The notes under the pieces are model-generated. The model saw only the letters and a list, made by a program, of their open reading frames with translations. It was not told the origin of the DNA and ran no database searches. From Monocercomonoides exilis PA203 (lineage: Eukaryota; Protista; Preaxostyla), in the NCBI GenBank assembly GCA_001643675.2, contig LSRY02000030.1, positions 1,054,001 through 1,118,000 on the forward strand: a stretch of DNA of 64,000 nt, in the 5' to 3' direction. A program made the translations under genes and the position numbers. Position 1 is the first letter of the stretch, and each line of letters opens with the position of its first letter. Positions 24,641 through 35,360 of this stretch are shown in pieces.

Positions 24641-26904
24641 TTAATAATCTTCATCCTCAGATACAGTTTGTTTGTACAACAGTTTTCATTCATCTTTCAA
24701 TATATAATGCCATGAACGTTTTACGTTTATAGATTTCTGTTTATGCTCACATTTATCTTTCAGTTGCAATTGGAAGTTTCTATCTTTAATTTCAACAGGT
24801 TTGCAGAGGGGAGCATCTGTACAATTCATTCCAACACATAGCTCATCGTAATGATTGCATATCCACATTTCCAACGGACTTTTTTCCTCGCTTCTATAAT
24901 ATCCATTTTAGCCTCTGTCATTGGTATTGATCTAACGTTAAATGATGAAAGATCTTTGTTCATCAAATATGTGAGCAAATTGTCATAAAACTTTGTCGTG
25001 AATGAAGAACATAGTTGTTTGAAATAATCGAAATTGTTCTTGTATTTACCATTGCATGCAAGAACAACATATCTCCTATCACCTGTTTCAATCTTTACTG
25101 GAAATGCGTGGTTTGTCACAAATATAAAATTAGCTACATTCTCGGCGGTTCTACGAGGTTGATTCTTCTCGTTTATCCTAATAATGTTTTCTGTTATTAC
25201 AGACTTCAACGCATTGAAATTTGCCAGTCTGTCGTCTCCACAATTTTTCAGTTCATTAAAAACAATCAACATTTTGCTTTCAACAACAGAGTTGAAGTTT
25301 CCAGTCAATTCTCCAATTTCTGTGACATTTCTGCTTGAATAACCAGCGAATAGTTCAGATATAACATCTGTGAATCTGTTTTTCCCAATACTTTGAATAC
25401 TTTTCAATATCAATGCTGTTTCATTTTTTATTCCAGGGTGTTGAACAATTTTGGCAATTCAGTTAATAACATATTCATATACATCGTTGTTGGAATCAGC
25501 AATTACCTCACGAACAAAGTCCAGAAACATTGAGATTGTGTCCATATCAACACTTTCACGAAAATTGTACTTGAAACCTTGAAATATCGAGAATACATTA
25601 GCTGTATCTTTTGCGTTAAACATAACACCCTGCCATGTTAGTTTCAACAAACAAGATAGTAGAATGTCATATGCTGTTGTTGTTTGATGTTCAGTTTTCC
25701 ACAGTTTAAGCATCTTTAAGTTACGTGTCATATTTGTTTCTGTAACAAATGTTATCCCCCAAAATTTATCGAATATATTGAAATCTTTTTGTATAAACAT
25801 CGACCCTGTTTCGATAAATCTAATAACTCTCGACAAATCACTAATAACATCATCAGCTTTTTTTTATTGTTTTGTCTTAGCTTTTCTTCGAATATCAGTC
25901 ATGGAAAATGAATCAGACATATCTAATGGTCTTTCAACATTGATATCGTTTCTCAGCAACGGTAATATCTCGTTTGTGTAATAGTCATTATTCCATATTT
26001 TGTACATCTTAACTAACACAAATGGCGATGATCTCAAACATCTGTATCGTTGTTTTGCTACATAATTGTTATCACGAGCGTTAGCTGTCAAATTGTCACT
26101 GTTTTGTACTCTGTCGAAAGCTAATTCGATATGCTCATTCGGTAATGAATTAATCGCTTGAAACAGTGCGAAAAACGTGACTTCTCTGTTGATTGGCATA
26201 TTTCCCCCATCGTTATGAATGACAAAACACTCCAACCCGTTGACAAAAACATTCGCTAATTCGTCACTGATGCTGTCATTGTCGTTATCTAATTTAACAA
26301 TATTATCTATTTCATCAGATGTTTTAATATACAGTTTCAAGGAGAGATCATTCAATATATCATTAACATTTCGTGTAATTGCTGAGTCAAATGAACCTCT
26401 AACAAGCTGATAAACATTTGTTTTTGATCGATGATCCTTACGCACTTTACTGTTTGGTAATACTATTAATGATCGTTTGCTCTCATCCAACGATGTCATG
26501 ATATCTACATCAAATTCATCGCAAGTGCAACATTTAATCATTTTGTTGGAGTTGGCGTAAAAGTCATCGGTATTTGCATAAATGTGAAATCCCCCAGAAG
26601 CTGTTTGAATAACAGCATCGTCTTCGTCAAGTTTGTTTAATATCTTTGATCTTATAGATTGTTTAGACTCGTCGTCTAACGATTTGTTAATGTCAATGTC
26701 GATAAAAGTTAAATTTGACACTTTGTTTACCAATACTGCTCTTCCTGTAACAACAGAGCCACTGCCTCCATCATTCTTTTGATAATTGTTAAAATAAACA
26801 ACGTTTGAATCAATTCTTTCATTCAATGTTTTTTCTTCCATGCTAATAAGCAGTTGTTCCGTTTGACTGTTTTTAACGATTGTTTCTGTAATGCTTTTGC
26901 TCAT
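24641..26904 (-). pseudogene. AEP primase-polymerase (Prim-Pol) fused to D5/NrS-1-like (DUF5906-type) SF3 helicase, ~750 codons, disrupted
   Basis: AEP motifs FIDIDI, QTASGGFHIY, DVDI and LIVLPNS; helical PriCT-like region. Helicase FSIFQGF...YVIN*IAKIVQHPG, Walker A LKSIQSIGKN, Walker B LIVFNEL, INEKNQP, FIFVTNH, GDRRY. ORFs 26904-25864, 25836-25459 and 25413-24826 share one frame, split by TAA (25866-64) and TGA (25461-59). Frameshift in an A-run near 24880 and another TGA at 24688-86. No introns. Confidence 0.85.
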
Positions 26905-27042
26905 GGTTGCTAATTTTATTCAAGTTAAAAAAACAAATTTTTTTTGAAACAGAATTATTTTTGAAACGAACATTTTGGGGAAAATGATGTTGAGGTTAAT
27001 GTCGAACTTTGACGGGGAACAGTTAATTTTCACAGAAAATGT

Positions 27043-28471
27043 ATTTTGCCCACTTTGCCCCGTTTGCCCGTTTGCCCACATATTTTAGAGAATTTAATTT
27101 ATCCTGTGCACCCTGTGCAGGTGAAAAGCACGGAGATTTAACTCAATATTTCCACGCCACAGAATCGCTCACATTACCTGACCAGCTTATCCTGTGCAGG
27201 CAAAACATCTGTTTGGAACAACAAACGATACAAAAAGTGTGTGCCACCAACGAATAAATAATATGTGCCACCAACGATACCATGTGGCAATGTGGCAGAA
27301 TGATGATTCAGTCGAAAATAAATAAAAACCCTCAAAATCATGGTAAATTAGAGGTAAATTGCTCATGTTGGCAGAAATGGCATGTTGGCAGCTCTTTTCA
27401 GATGAACTTAAAAGATCCTGACTACCTGACTACCTGACTACGCTTCCAGCACGGAGATTATAGTTAATATTTCCCTTCCCCAAGCATCTCGATATTGCCA
27501 CAATTCGGTATCCTGACTACCGGTTGACACTTTTTCAAGCTAAATACACCAAAATAAACCCCAAGTCAAGTGAAAAACATCAATGTGGCAATCCACCATA
27601 ATGCCATTTGTTCGAAAAATATAGATGTTGGCAATCAACTATAATGCCATCGTGACTACTGTTTGATTTAATCTACGATTCAAATAACGTGTGTAGTCTG
27701 TTATATTTCGTCAATTAACACATTTTGCCCAATCAAGCCTGCACAGGCAATACCCATTAACTTTTTCCATCAACTCATCTAACAACTCATCACTTTCGAT
27801 AAGCTTTCTCCTCACTATCTTAATCAATTTCTTCTGTTTCTCAGTTACATGTTCGTTGTAATACTTTGTTTCTTCTTTACGTTTTTCCTGAAACTGTTTA
27901 ATTTGTTTCTGTTGAGCCTCTTTCGCTTCTTCCACAGTTGCGTATATCTTCTTTCGACCCATTTACGATAAAACAAAAAAACAAAATCAATTATTTTTAT
28001 TTGCGATTTCACAAACGATCACACCAACGATAACACCTACGATTTCATCAATTTTCACCACCAATTCACCATCTTCGACGCCTCCACCAACGATAACACC
28101 GACAGGTTCAACACATAACACGTTCAACATACAACACATGTATTTCATCAACGATAACATCAATTTTCACACAATTTCACCATTAATTTACCAACTTGAA
28201 CGGAGACAAAGTCTCCTGAGCAACTTCGTTGCGAACACTTTCAGTTGATCTTTTAGCTAATTCTCCTTCCCGGAGATATGGTATATCAGCTATAGATACA
28301 TATCGATTACACCTATCAACAACTCCATCTTTATAGAACATCATTGAATATCTAATCATGAGAAACCCCTAAGAGCATCAGCAATTACCTCATGATCTCT
28401 ATCTTATTATCATCACCTATTCCAGCTTATTACACTAAATGACTACTACCATCAGATATACATAAAACGAT
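27043..28471 (-). repeat. Right long terminal inverted repeat (1429 bp)
   Basis: Mirror of 23179-24606; the TIR ORF translations are identical. Confidence 0.95.
27711..27962 (-). CDS. 83-aa basic/coiled-coil TIR-encoded protein, copy 2
   Basis: Translation identical to 23688-23939. Confidence 0.7.
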   Translation of the reverse strand: MGRKKIYATVEEAKEAQQKQIKQFQEKRKEETKYYNEHVTEKQKKLIKIVRRKLIESDELLDELMEKVNGYCLCRLDWAKCVN

Positions 28472-28598
28472 CTCTATCATATTTTAATTGCCTATCCAAC
28501 TTATTATTGAAGATGATAAAACCCATCAGATATTCATAAATAGATAATATTGATTGACCTCATAAAGATGGATCCATAACGGGTATACCATATCTCTG

Positions 28599-29452
28599 AA
28601 GAAAAGATGCAGAATGCAACTTTCGTAAGTGGAATCTCTGCTGATGGTTTCTCACTTCCGTCTGTCGTGCTGTGGCCGAGTGCAACTCTTCCGAAAGAAC
28701 TGATAACACTGTAAACGCAGTTTCTTGACATTTGACCAAACACAAACGGCTTAATGGACAAAACATCATTCAAAAAATACGCCTTTTCAGTCCTGCTGCC
28801 AGCTATCATTGACAGAAGAAAGCGAATTCCAAAAGAATCTCATCGTTGCCTTTTTCTCCTGGATTTCCACTCATCACGCGCAGATCCAACTGAATGGAGA
28901 CAGTTCAAGGAAGCGGAAATTGACGTCATCACCTTCGTTCCACACACAACACACATATCGCAGCCGCTGGACAGATGCGTATTTGCAGTGTTGAAGTCAG
29001 AGCTTTCAAACAGATACAGCTCCCCATCATCCACCTCCTCATCTTCAAAAAGAACAGCTGTTGCATATGTGTAACCACAAGCCCTGCACACCGCGTTCAC
29101 CCCATCAGTCATCAAAAAAACCTTCATCAACAGCGGGGTCCTCAGCAATGGATCTGGATCTGTGCTAATGAAACTTCCTCAGTCTTCTCAATACTTCATT
29201 CCTTCTCATTCTCATTGTTTCGATTTCTTCGGAAAAGAAATAACAAAAGAAAAGCTTCTTGATGAATGGGATGAATATAATGAAAAAAACAAGATGAAAA
29301 TTGAAGAAATTGAAGATAAAGAAAAGGAAATGAAAGAAGAAGGATTGCCTTCGGAGAAAAAAGTGAAACGAGCATTCAGAAAAATTAAGAAAGATGACGA
29401 TGAAACAAGTGATGAATTTGACCCCTTTGAAATTGAAAATGGAAAAAGATAA
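28599..29452 (+). mobile_element. 5'-truncated pogo/Tc5-type (DDE_1) transposase relic
   Basis: ATFVSGISADGFSLPSVVLW, NGLMDKTSFKKY, CLFLLDFHSSR, VITFVPHTTHISQPLDRCVFAVLKS. In-frame stops are present and the HTH and first catalytic Asp region are missing. Confidence 0.8.
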
Positions 29453-29689
29453 GTGAAAAGAGTTATTGATTCGAATTTTGTATCATTTTCATCATTTTTT
29501 TTAACTTTTTTCATTTCTAAAATTATTGGTGCCAATAAAGAAAAAAGAACCAATAAAAAGATGACCCTATCAACAAAGTTTCCAAAAAATACGTCAACGA
29601 ATAGAAATAGAAAAAAAAGGAAAAGAAAAAAAGATAGAAAGAAAAAAGAAAAGAAAGCTAACTTGAAGCTGATCAAATTGAATTTTCAG

Positions 29690-31200
29690 AGGAACTGCAG
29701 CGGCAATGCTTGACCAGTCATTAAAACCTGCCTTTTTCAAATCTCTATTCTCTTTTTCTCGCGCGTGCTTTTCATAAGCCCACTTCTTAGCCCAGCCAGC
29801 CTCACCAGCGCTGTCCCTCTTGTCACAGCCCCGTTCTCTCCATACACCAGCTTTTCCATCATTTTCTTGTCTTCCCAGCTCAGGACAGAAACAAACGCAC
29901 AGTGCAGCATCTTCACTGCAACCTTCTCCAGCACTCGCGCTGCTGTCCGAACAGCAAGCTCCACAGACCGCTTGCATGCAACAAACCCCACAACCCCGCT
30001 TCGAGATGCGCCTCCAACTGGAACAGAACACCGCACTTCCCCTCAAAGTCAAACGTGATGTTGTGCTCTCGGCAGTTCGAAAAATATAACCCGTTAGGAA
30101 CACGTGACAGCTCTGGCTGGTTGAATAGTCGAACTATTTCATAGCAGAGATCTGACACTGGAGAGAGGAAGGCACGCACCTGTGCTGGGACGGCAGCTCA
30201 ACCAGGTGCCAGCTGAGGAAACACTCTCAATGAATGCCTCACCTGGCGCAGTGAGGTCGACCTGTGAACTCAGCTAGAAGAGCCCTGAGTCCGAGCAGAT
30301 GCAGAATACGCAGATTCAGAAGAAGGAATGTATCAATTAGAAACGACGGAACCAGAAATGCATTGGATGAGGTTGTTTATTAAGACAATCTTTTAGCAGT
30401 TATAAGGAAGATGAGACATTCATTTTTTAACTGATTTTTCCTCCTACGGATCCATCGAGAAATCTACTGCTCCCATAAAACATAAACATTTCATCCAGGT
30501 TATCAACTTATTCACCTGAGGAAATGACTTAATAATCTATTTTTCGAAGAGCATTTGCCCTATAACATGCATTTCATCCTCCAATACCATTGACATTTCA
30601 TATTCAACGGAACAATCTTCACAGGCGCTCCAAATTTGACTATCATCTCTGTCTCCCTCCACGTACCAAAATGATTCAATATTCCATCTGATGCAAATTA
30701 TCTACTTCAATTCCCATTTTTGTTTGCGCTGACATTTCATCTCATTTTCTTATCTCTTATCTCTTTTCTCTTTTTCTGCACGCCTCTGCTCCACACAAAA
30801 TTTTTCTCTCTCCGCAACTCACTATCCACACAAACTCTTTACTCTCTTCCACTTCTTCCATTTTTCCCTCTTCTCAAAAGGACTCTCCCCAGCGGTCATG
30901 ATACTCGTCATTCAATCAAACAACAACATCACATTCGCAGTCAGATTCCCCAAATCTCTTCTCTTGATCCTCCCACAGTTCCAACTGCATTCCCTTCAAT
31001 CTCATCCTCACATATTTTTTCAGCAAACAAAAAAGCGTCCTTATCAACCAGAGTCAAACTTCCAGTGTTCTGTGACCATTCATTCACAACTTTCCATTCT
31101 TCTTCTTCTTCTTCTTCATATGGGGAAAAATATTTTTCTTCAGGCATTTTCATTGAAAAATTATGCACTTTTCATGGACTTTTTGAGATCAAAAAACTTA
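29690..31200 (-). pseudogene. GC-richer decayed coding fragment, possibly a kinase-like relic
   Basis: Broken frames. LYFSNCREHNITFDFEGKC loosely resembles a kinase catalytic-loop region. Confidence 0.25.
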
Positions 31201-32853
31201 ATAAAACAGTGATCATTTTTTGACAGACGTGAAATGACACAAAACATTTTGTTATTATATCAATGATGCCTGTTAACTAGATATGTAAATCAAATTTTTT
31301 TTGAATTCTGAGAAAGTGAAATAAAGTTATGTGTGAAGCAATTTTTCAATGACTAGTGCAAAAAAAGCTTGAAAGTCCGTATTTTCCCCCATATTCTTTT
31401 TCTATTACTTTCTTTCTTTCTTTCTTTCTTCCTATCTTTTTCCACCTTATTCTCTATGCTTCATTGGAAATCCTCTTGCATTATCATTTCTTATTTAAGT
31501 TCACAATCATGCCATTCCAAGATTAAGATTGCAGCACCACTTACACTGTTACCAAAAGCGATATCGTTGGACCAAAATGTTTTTTGATTCATTGAATCGC
31601 ATCCAATATTGTCTGAGAAAAGATCCTCTTGGAAATATCATCAGCACTCGAAGAAGCTTCTGTCAACAGAAGCGGAGAAAGTTCAACAAAAGAGGGCATT
31701 GTTTAAAAGGTATGCATTGAACAACAATGTTTCATTCTTTTGTGAAGAACAGCGAAGCATAACAACAAAAATATTAATTGATCTGTTTAAATGGTTGATG
31801 CTTGATCTGTAATAAAAGTTCACAAAAATGATTGAAGTACCTTCAATGAAAGCAATACGGTCATTCTCGTATAACTCTTATTGAAGTCCTTATTCACTGA
31901 CAAAGCATTCTAATATTCAATTGCAAGTCCCAATTAAGATTAAGTCGATGATAAAGATTGCAAGTCAACTTCACTTCTTTTTTGTCTGTGAACCGAATTG
32001 GAGCAGACAACAGCTTTTGAAAAGGGAGATCATGAAGTTTGAAAAAATAAAAGGAAAAAAGCTAAGAGCGAAGAGAGAAGGGAACATTGCTGAAGTTCTT
32101 TGACTTTTGTTGCTTTTCACAAAAATGTCTTCGCAAACATAGGTGACTCTAAAGCAATTCAAACGCAATAATCACATTTCCATCATGCAATGAAAGGATA
32201 GTGAGCTGCAAAAGTCTGATGTTTCAATGAAATGAAAATAAGATGCAATAGAGATATATTGAAAACAGATTTGTGGAAATGAGAAAAAGAAATGTTGAAG
32301 AAGAAAAGGAAGATGATAATTGAAACAGTTATGATGACAGCAGTGTATTTTGTTTGAGCAGACATGAGATGTTTCAAATGACAGCAAAACGAAAAGATCA
32401 ATTACAGAAACAGAGAATGCTGTGATTGTCGCTTTCGACCCATTATGGTGATACAAGAAAAATAAGTTTTCATTTCATCTCGTTTCACGTTTCTTTGCAT
32501 CTTTATTAGAGCACAGGCAATTGTGCTAAATATTTTGATAGATCATTTCCCACTAATTATTCATGCTTGCACTTAAACTTAATTTCCAAACTTTTTGAAT
32601 CTTTTTTGTGATATTCAATAGAATTAATAAGTTTCTAAATTGAGGATTTAATATTTTCTTCTTTTTGAGAAGGAATGAAGTTTTTGATCTTTTGTGGGAA
32701 ATGATCAAAACTTATAAAAGTTTAATAACATTTGAACAAAGAATAATTCGGACGAAAAAAGTGGATATTCATGTTAAACTTATCAAACACAATGAAAATA
32801 GGCAATTAAAATATTTTTTTATATGTCGAACATAAAAAGCTTGAAAGACCATA

Positions 32854-33250
32854 CAGTTTGTGCAAAAAATACCGGACATCGCAAAAAATACCGGACAAGA
32901 TCGATATCTCAATTACCGCAAGAGGAATAATTCTGACAATTTTCCTCAAAATATATCTCATCAATGCAAACTCATTTGATATACCAAACTTTCAAAACTT
33001 CCTTATTTGTGATCGGAGAAAATTATTTTGAAAATCTTGGAGAAACTCAAAATTTTATTTCTCCTTGATTTCAATGATTAATTTTTTCTGAACACAAATG
33101 AAGCTATTTTGAAAGTCGTGTATTTCAAATGAGTTTGCATTGATGAGATATATTTTGAGGAAAATTATCAGTATTTTTCTTCTTGCGGTTATTGTGATAT
33201 TGATCTTGTCCGGTATTTTCTGCGATGTCCGGTATTTTTTGCACAAACTG
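32854..33250. mobile_element. Tc1/mariner-type MITE family A (397 bp, long imperfect TIRs, TA TSD)
   Basis: TA|CAGTTTGTGCAAAAAATACCGGACATCGC ... GCGATGTCCGGTATTTTTTGCACAAACTG|TA; arms are complementary over ~130 bp. Confidence 0.85.
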
Positions 33251-33492
33251 TATTTTCCCCCAAATTAATAAAATAACGAAAGTCAATTTCGTTTTCCGGT
33301 CGTTATCTGCCCACTTGCCCATTAAATCTGTTTCTTATCAGAAGATTTTGATTTTTATATGTTTATTAATAATGAATATTTTTTTCACATAAAATAACAA
33401 ATTATGAACATTTCAAAAATATTTGTATTTTGCAAATTCAACAATGCATATAACTCATTTTCTGAAAAAAAAAATAATATACGATTTTGATA

Positions 33493-34538
33493 CACCAAAA
33501 ATAATTCTAATTCGAAAAATAATAATAATACATTTTCCATAAAAAATAATTCATTTACGAAAATTTATATTTCTATTTCGTAATTTATTAATACGATTTC
33601 TTAAAAGAATAAATCAATGTCAAAAATAAAATTTTTTCAATTTTAAAAAATTCGTTCCTTTTTATTGAAAATTTTATAATTGAAGTCAATTAAAAAAGAA
33701 AATGAATTCATTTTCATATAAAAATTGATGTTTTTCAATTTTTTTACCAAAGAAATTTCAAAAAATAATTGGTGAAAAAATTCTTTTTTTTGTTATTCAA
33801 TAAAATGTGATTGAAATTTAAATATTTTTATTTTGATATTCAATTGAATGAATATTTTTGAAATTTCTATCATTTCAGTGATGATTTTCGAAAATGAAAA
33901 AAATCAAAAAATTGATTTGATTCATATTTATGTTAAAAAATATGTTATTTGAGTAATAATATTTGATTGGTTAAATAAAAACTTGAAATTTTCTGAAATC
34001 CATTCACGAGATAAATTAGAATTTTCATTTATAAAAAAATTTCGAAATTGAAATTTTATTTTTCGAAAACGAATTATAGTAACTTTCATAATAGGCGGAC
34101 ACTTTCCTAATGGCCGGACAGCAGCCTTTTCTCAGCAGCTTATGAACGTAGAATTTTGATTTTTTTCCACATCAATCGTAAGGTGAATATGAATATATGA
34201 AGCATTCTGAGAATACTTCATTCTTGTGTGTTCATTTTTTTAAAATTTATTTTGTTTTTCGGAGAAACACGGTGTTATTAGTTTATCCGAATTTCTCATA
34301 AAAAAACAAAATTAATTTTAAAAAAATGAACACACAAGAATGAAGTATTCTCAGAATGCTTCATATATTCATATTCACCTTACGATTGATGTGGAAAAAA
34401 ATCAAAATTCTACGTTCATAAGCTGCTGAGAAAAGGCTGCTGTCCGGCCATTAGGAAAGTGTCCGCCTATTATGAAAGTTACTATAATTCGTTTTCGAAA
34501 ATGAATAATATTTTTCCGTATTTGAATCATTTTTGATG
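33493..34538. mobile_element. AT-rich fold-back MITE family B copy (inverted relative to 49139-50179) hosting a nested insertion
   Basis: TA|CACCAAAAATAATTC start and degenerate GAATCATTTTTGATG|TA end. Internal blocks match the reverse complement of 49320-49390, 49710-49745 and 49870-49920. Confidence 0.7.
34070..34491. mobile_element. 422-bp palindromic MITE with ~190-bp near-perfect TIRs and a 10-bp TSD (MULE-like)
   Basis: CGAATTATAGTAACTTTCATAATAGGCGGACAC... mirrored at the right end; flanked on both sides by TTTTCGAAAA (34060-69, 34492-501). Confidence 0.85.
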
Positions 34539-35099
34539 TAGAAGTTTAAACAAATATTTTGATACGATAAGACTATTTTCACTTTTTATATTATTTATGT
34601 TCTTCTGCAAAGAGTCATTTTCATGAGGTTATTCAAAAAAGAATGAAATATTCATTTTTAATTTGTCATAAGATTGACGATATTTGAAATTTAAATAATC
34701 TTCAAATAATTGAAAAGTAATTTGTTTCAATCAACTAATAATTATTATAAAAGTGACAGCGCGTCAAAGATTGAATGATCGCTTGAATTTTAATTATATT
34801 CATCATCAAGAAAAGTTGAAAAATTCTGTGAAATTAAAAATCTTTTTAACGAAATTGAAATATTAATATCGAAATTGATTAATTTTTGGTGTATTAATTT
34901 TGATAAACAAACAGCAGCAGTAAATACTACAACGACGAATATCATAATAGTAATCATAATTATTTTATTAATTATTAAAAGATTGAAGTGTGAACCATTA
35001 ATGTTAAATGAGATGAAAATACAAATGTGGATTAGGAAAGAGATTGAAATGGAAATACATTGAAGAGAGTCCGACTCATATCGATGCATATGAAGATAC

Positions 35100-35230
<131 letters not shown>

Positions 35231-35360
35231 ACATGAAACGCAACATGGATTCTGTATAATTGCAACGGAACCTAAATTCGATGCTTTGATAAAATTTTAA
35301 TTCAGAATAAACATCGAAAATGTTTTCAATATCCTAAAACTAACAAATGAAATGATAATT

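Larger units (their letters stand above)
23179..28471. mobile_element. Virus/linear-plasmid-like element with 1.43-kb TIRs enclosing a PrimPol-SF3 helicase gene
   Basis: Left arm 23179-24606 is the reverse complement of 27043-28471. Mirrored coordinates sum to 51650, with one 1-bp indel at the inner end. Diverged terminal arms extend to ~23095 and ~28598. Confidence 0.9.

Noticed and set aside
24641-26904. Alternative genetic code (TGA=Trp or TAA=Gln) explaining the in-frame stops of the PrimPol-helicase
   Set aside because: One TGA does sit at an expected Trp, but the other Trp codons checked are TGG. Only one internal TAA occurs in ~750 AT-rich codons, and a frameshift and a degenerate Walker A are also present. 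Decay is the simpler explanation.
23179-28471. Classification as Polinton/Maverick, Helitron or parvovirus
   Set aside because: No pPolB, integrase, capsid, HUH motif, 6-bp TSD or AG...CT termini are visible.
31370-32500. Possible gene remnant
   Set aside because: Short broken frames with no motif I can assign.
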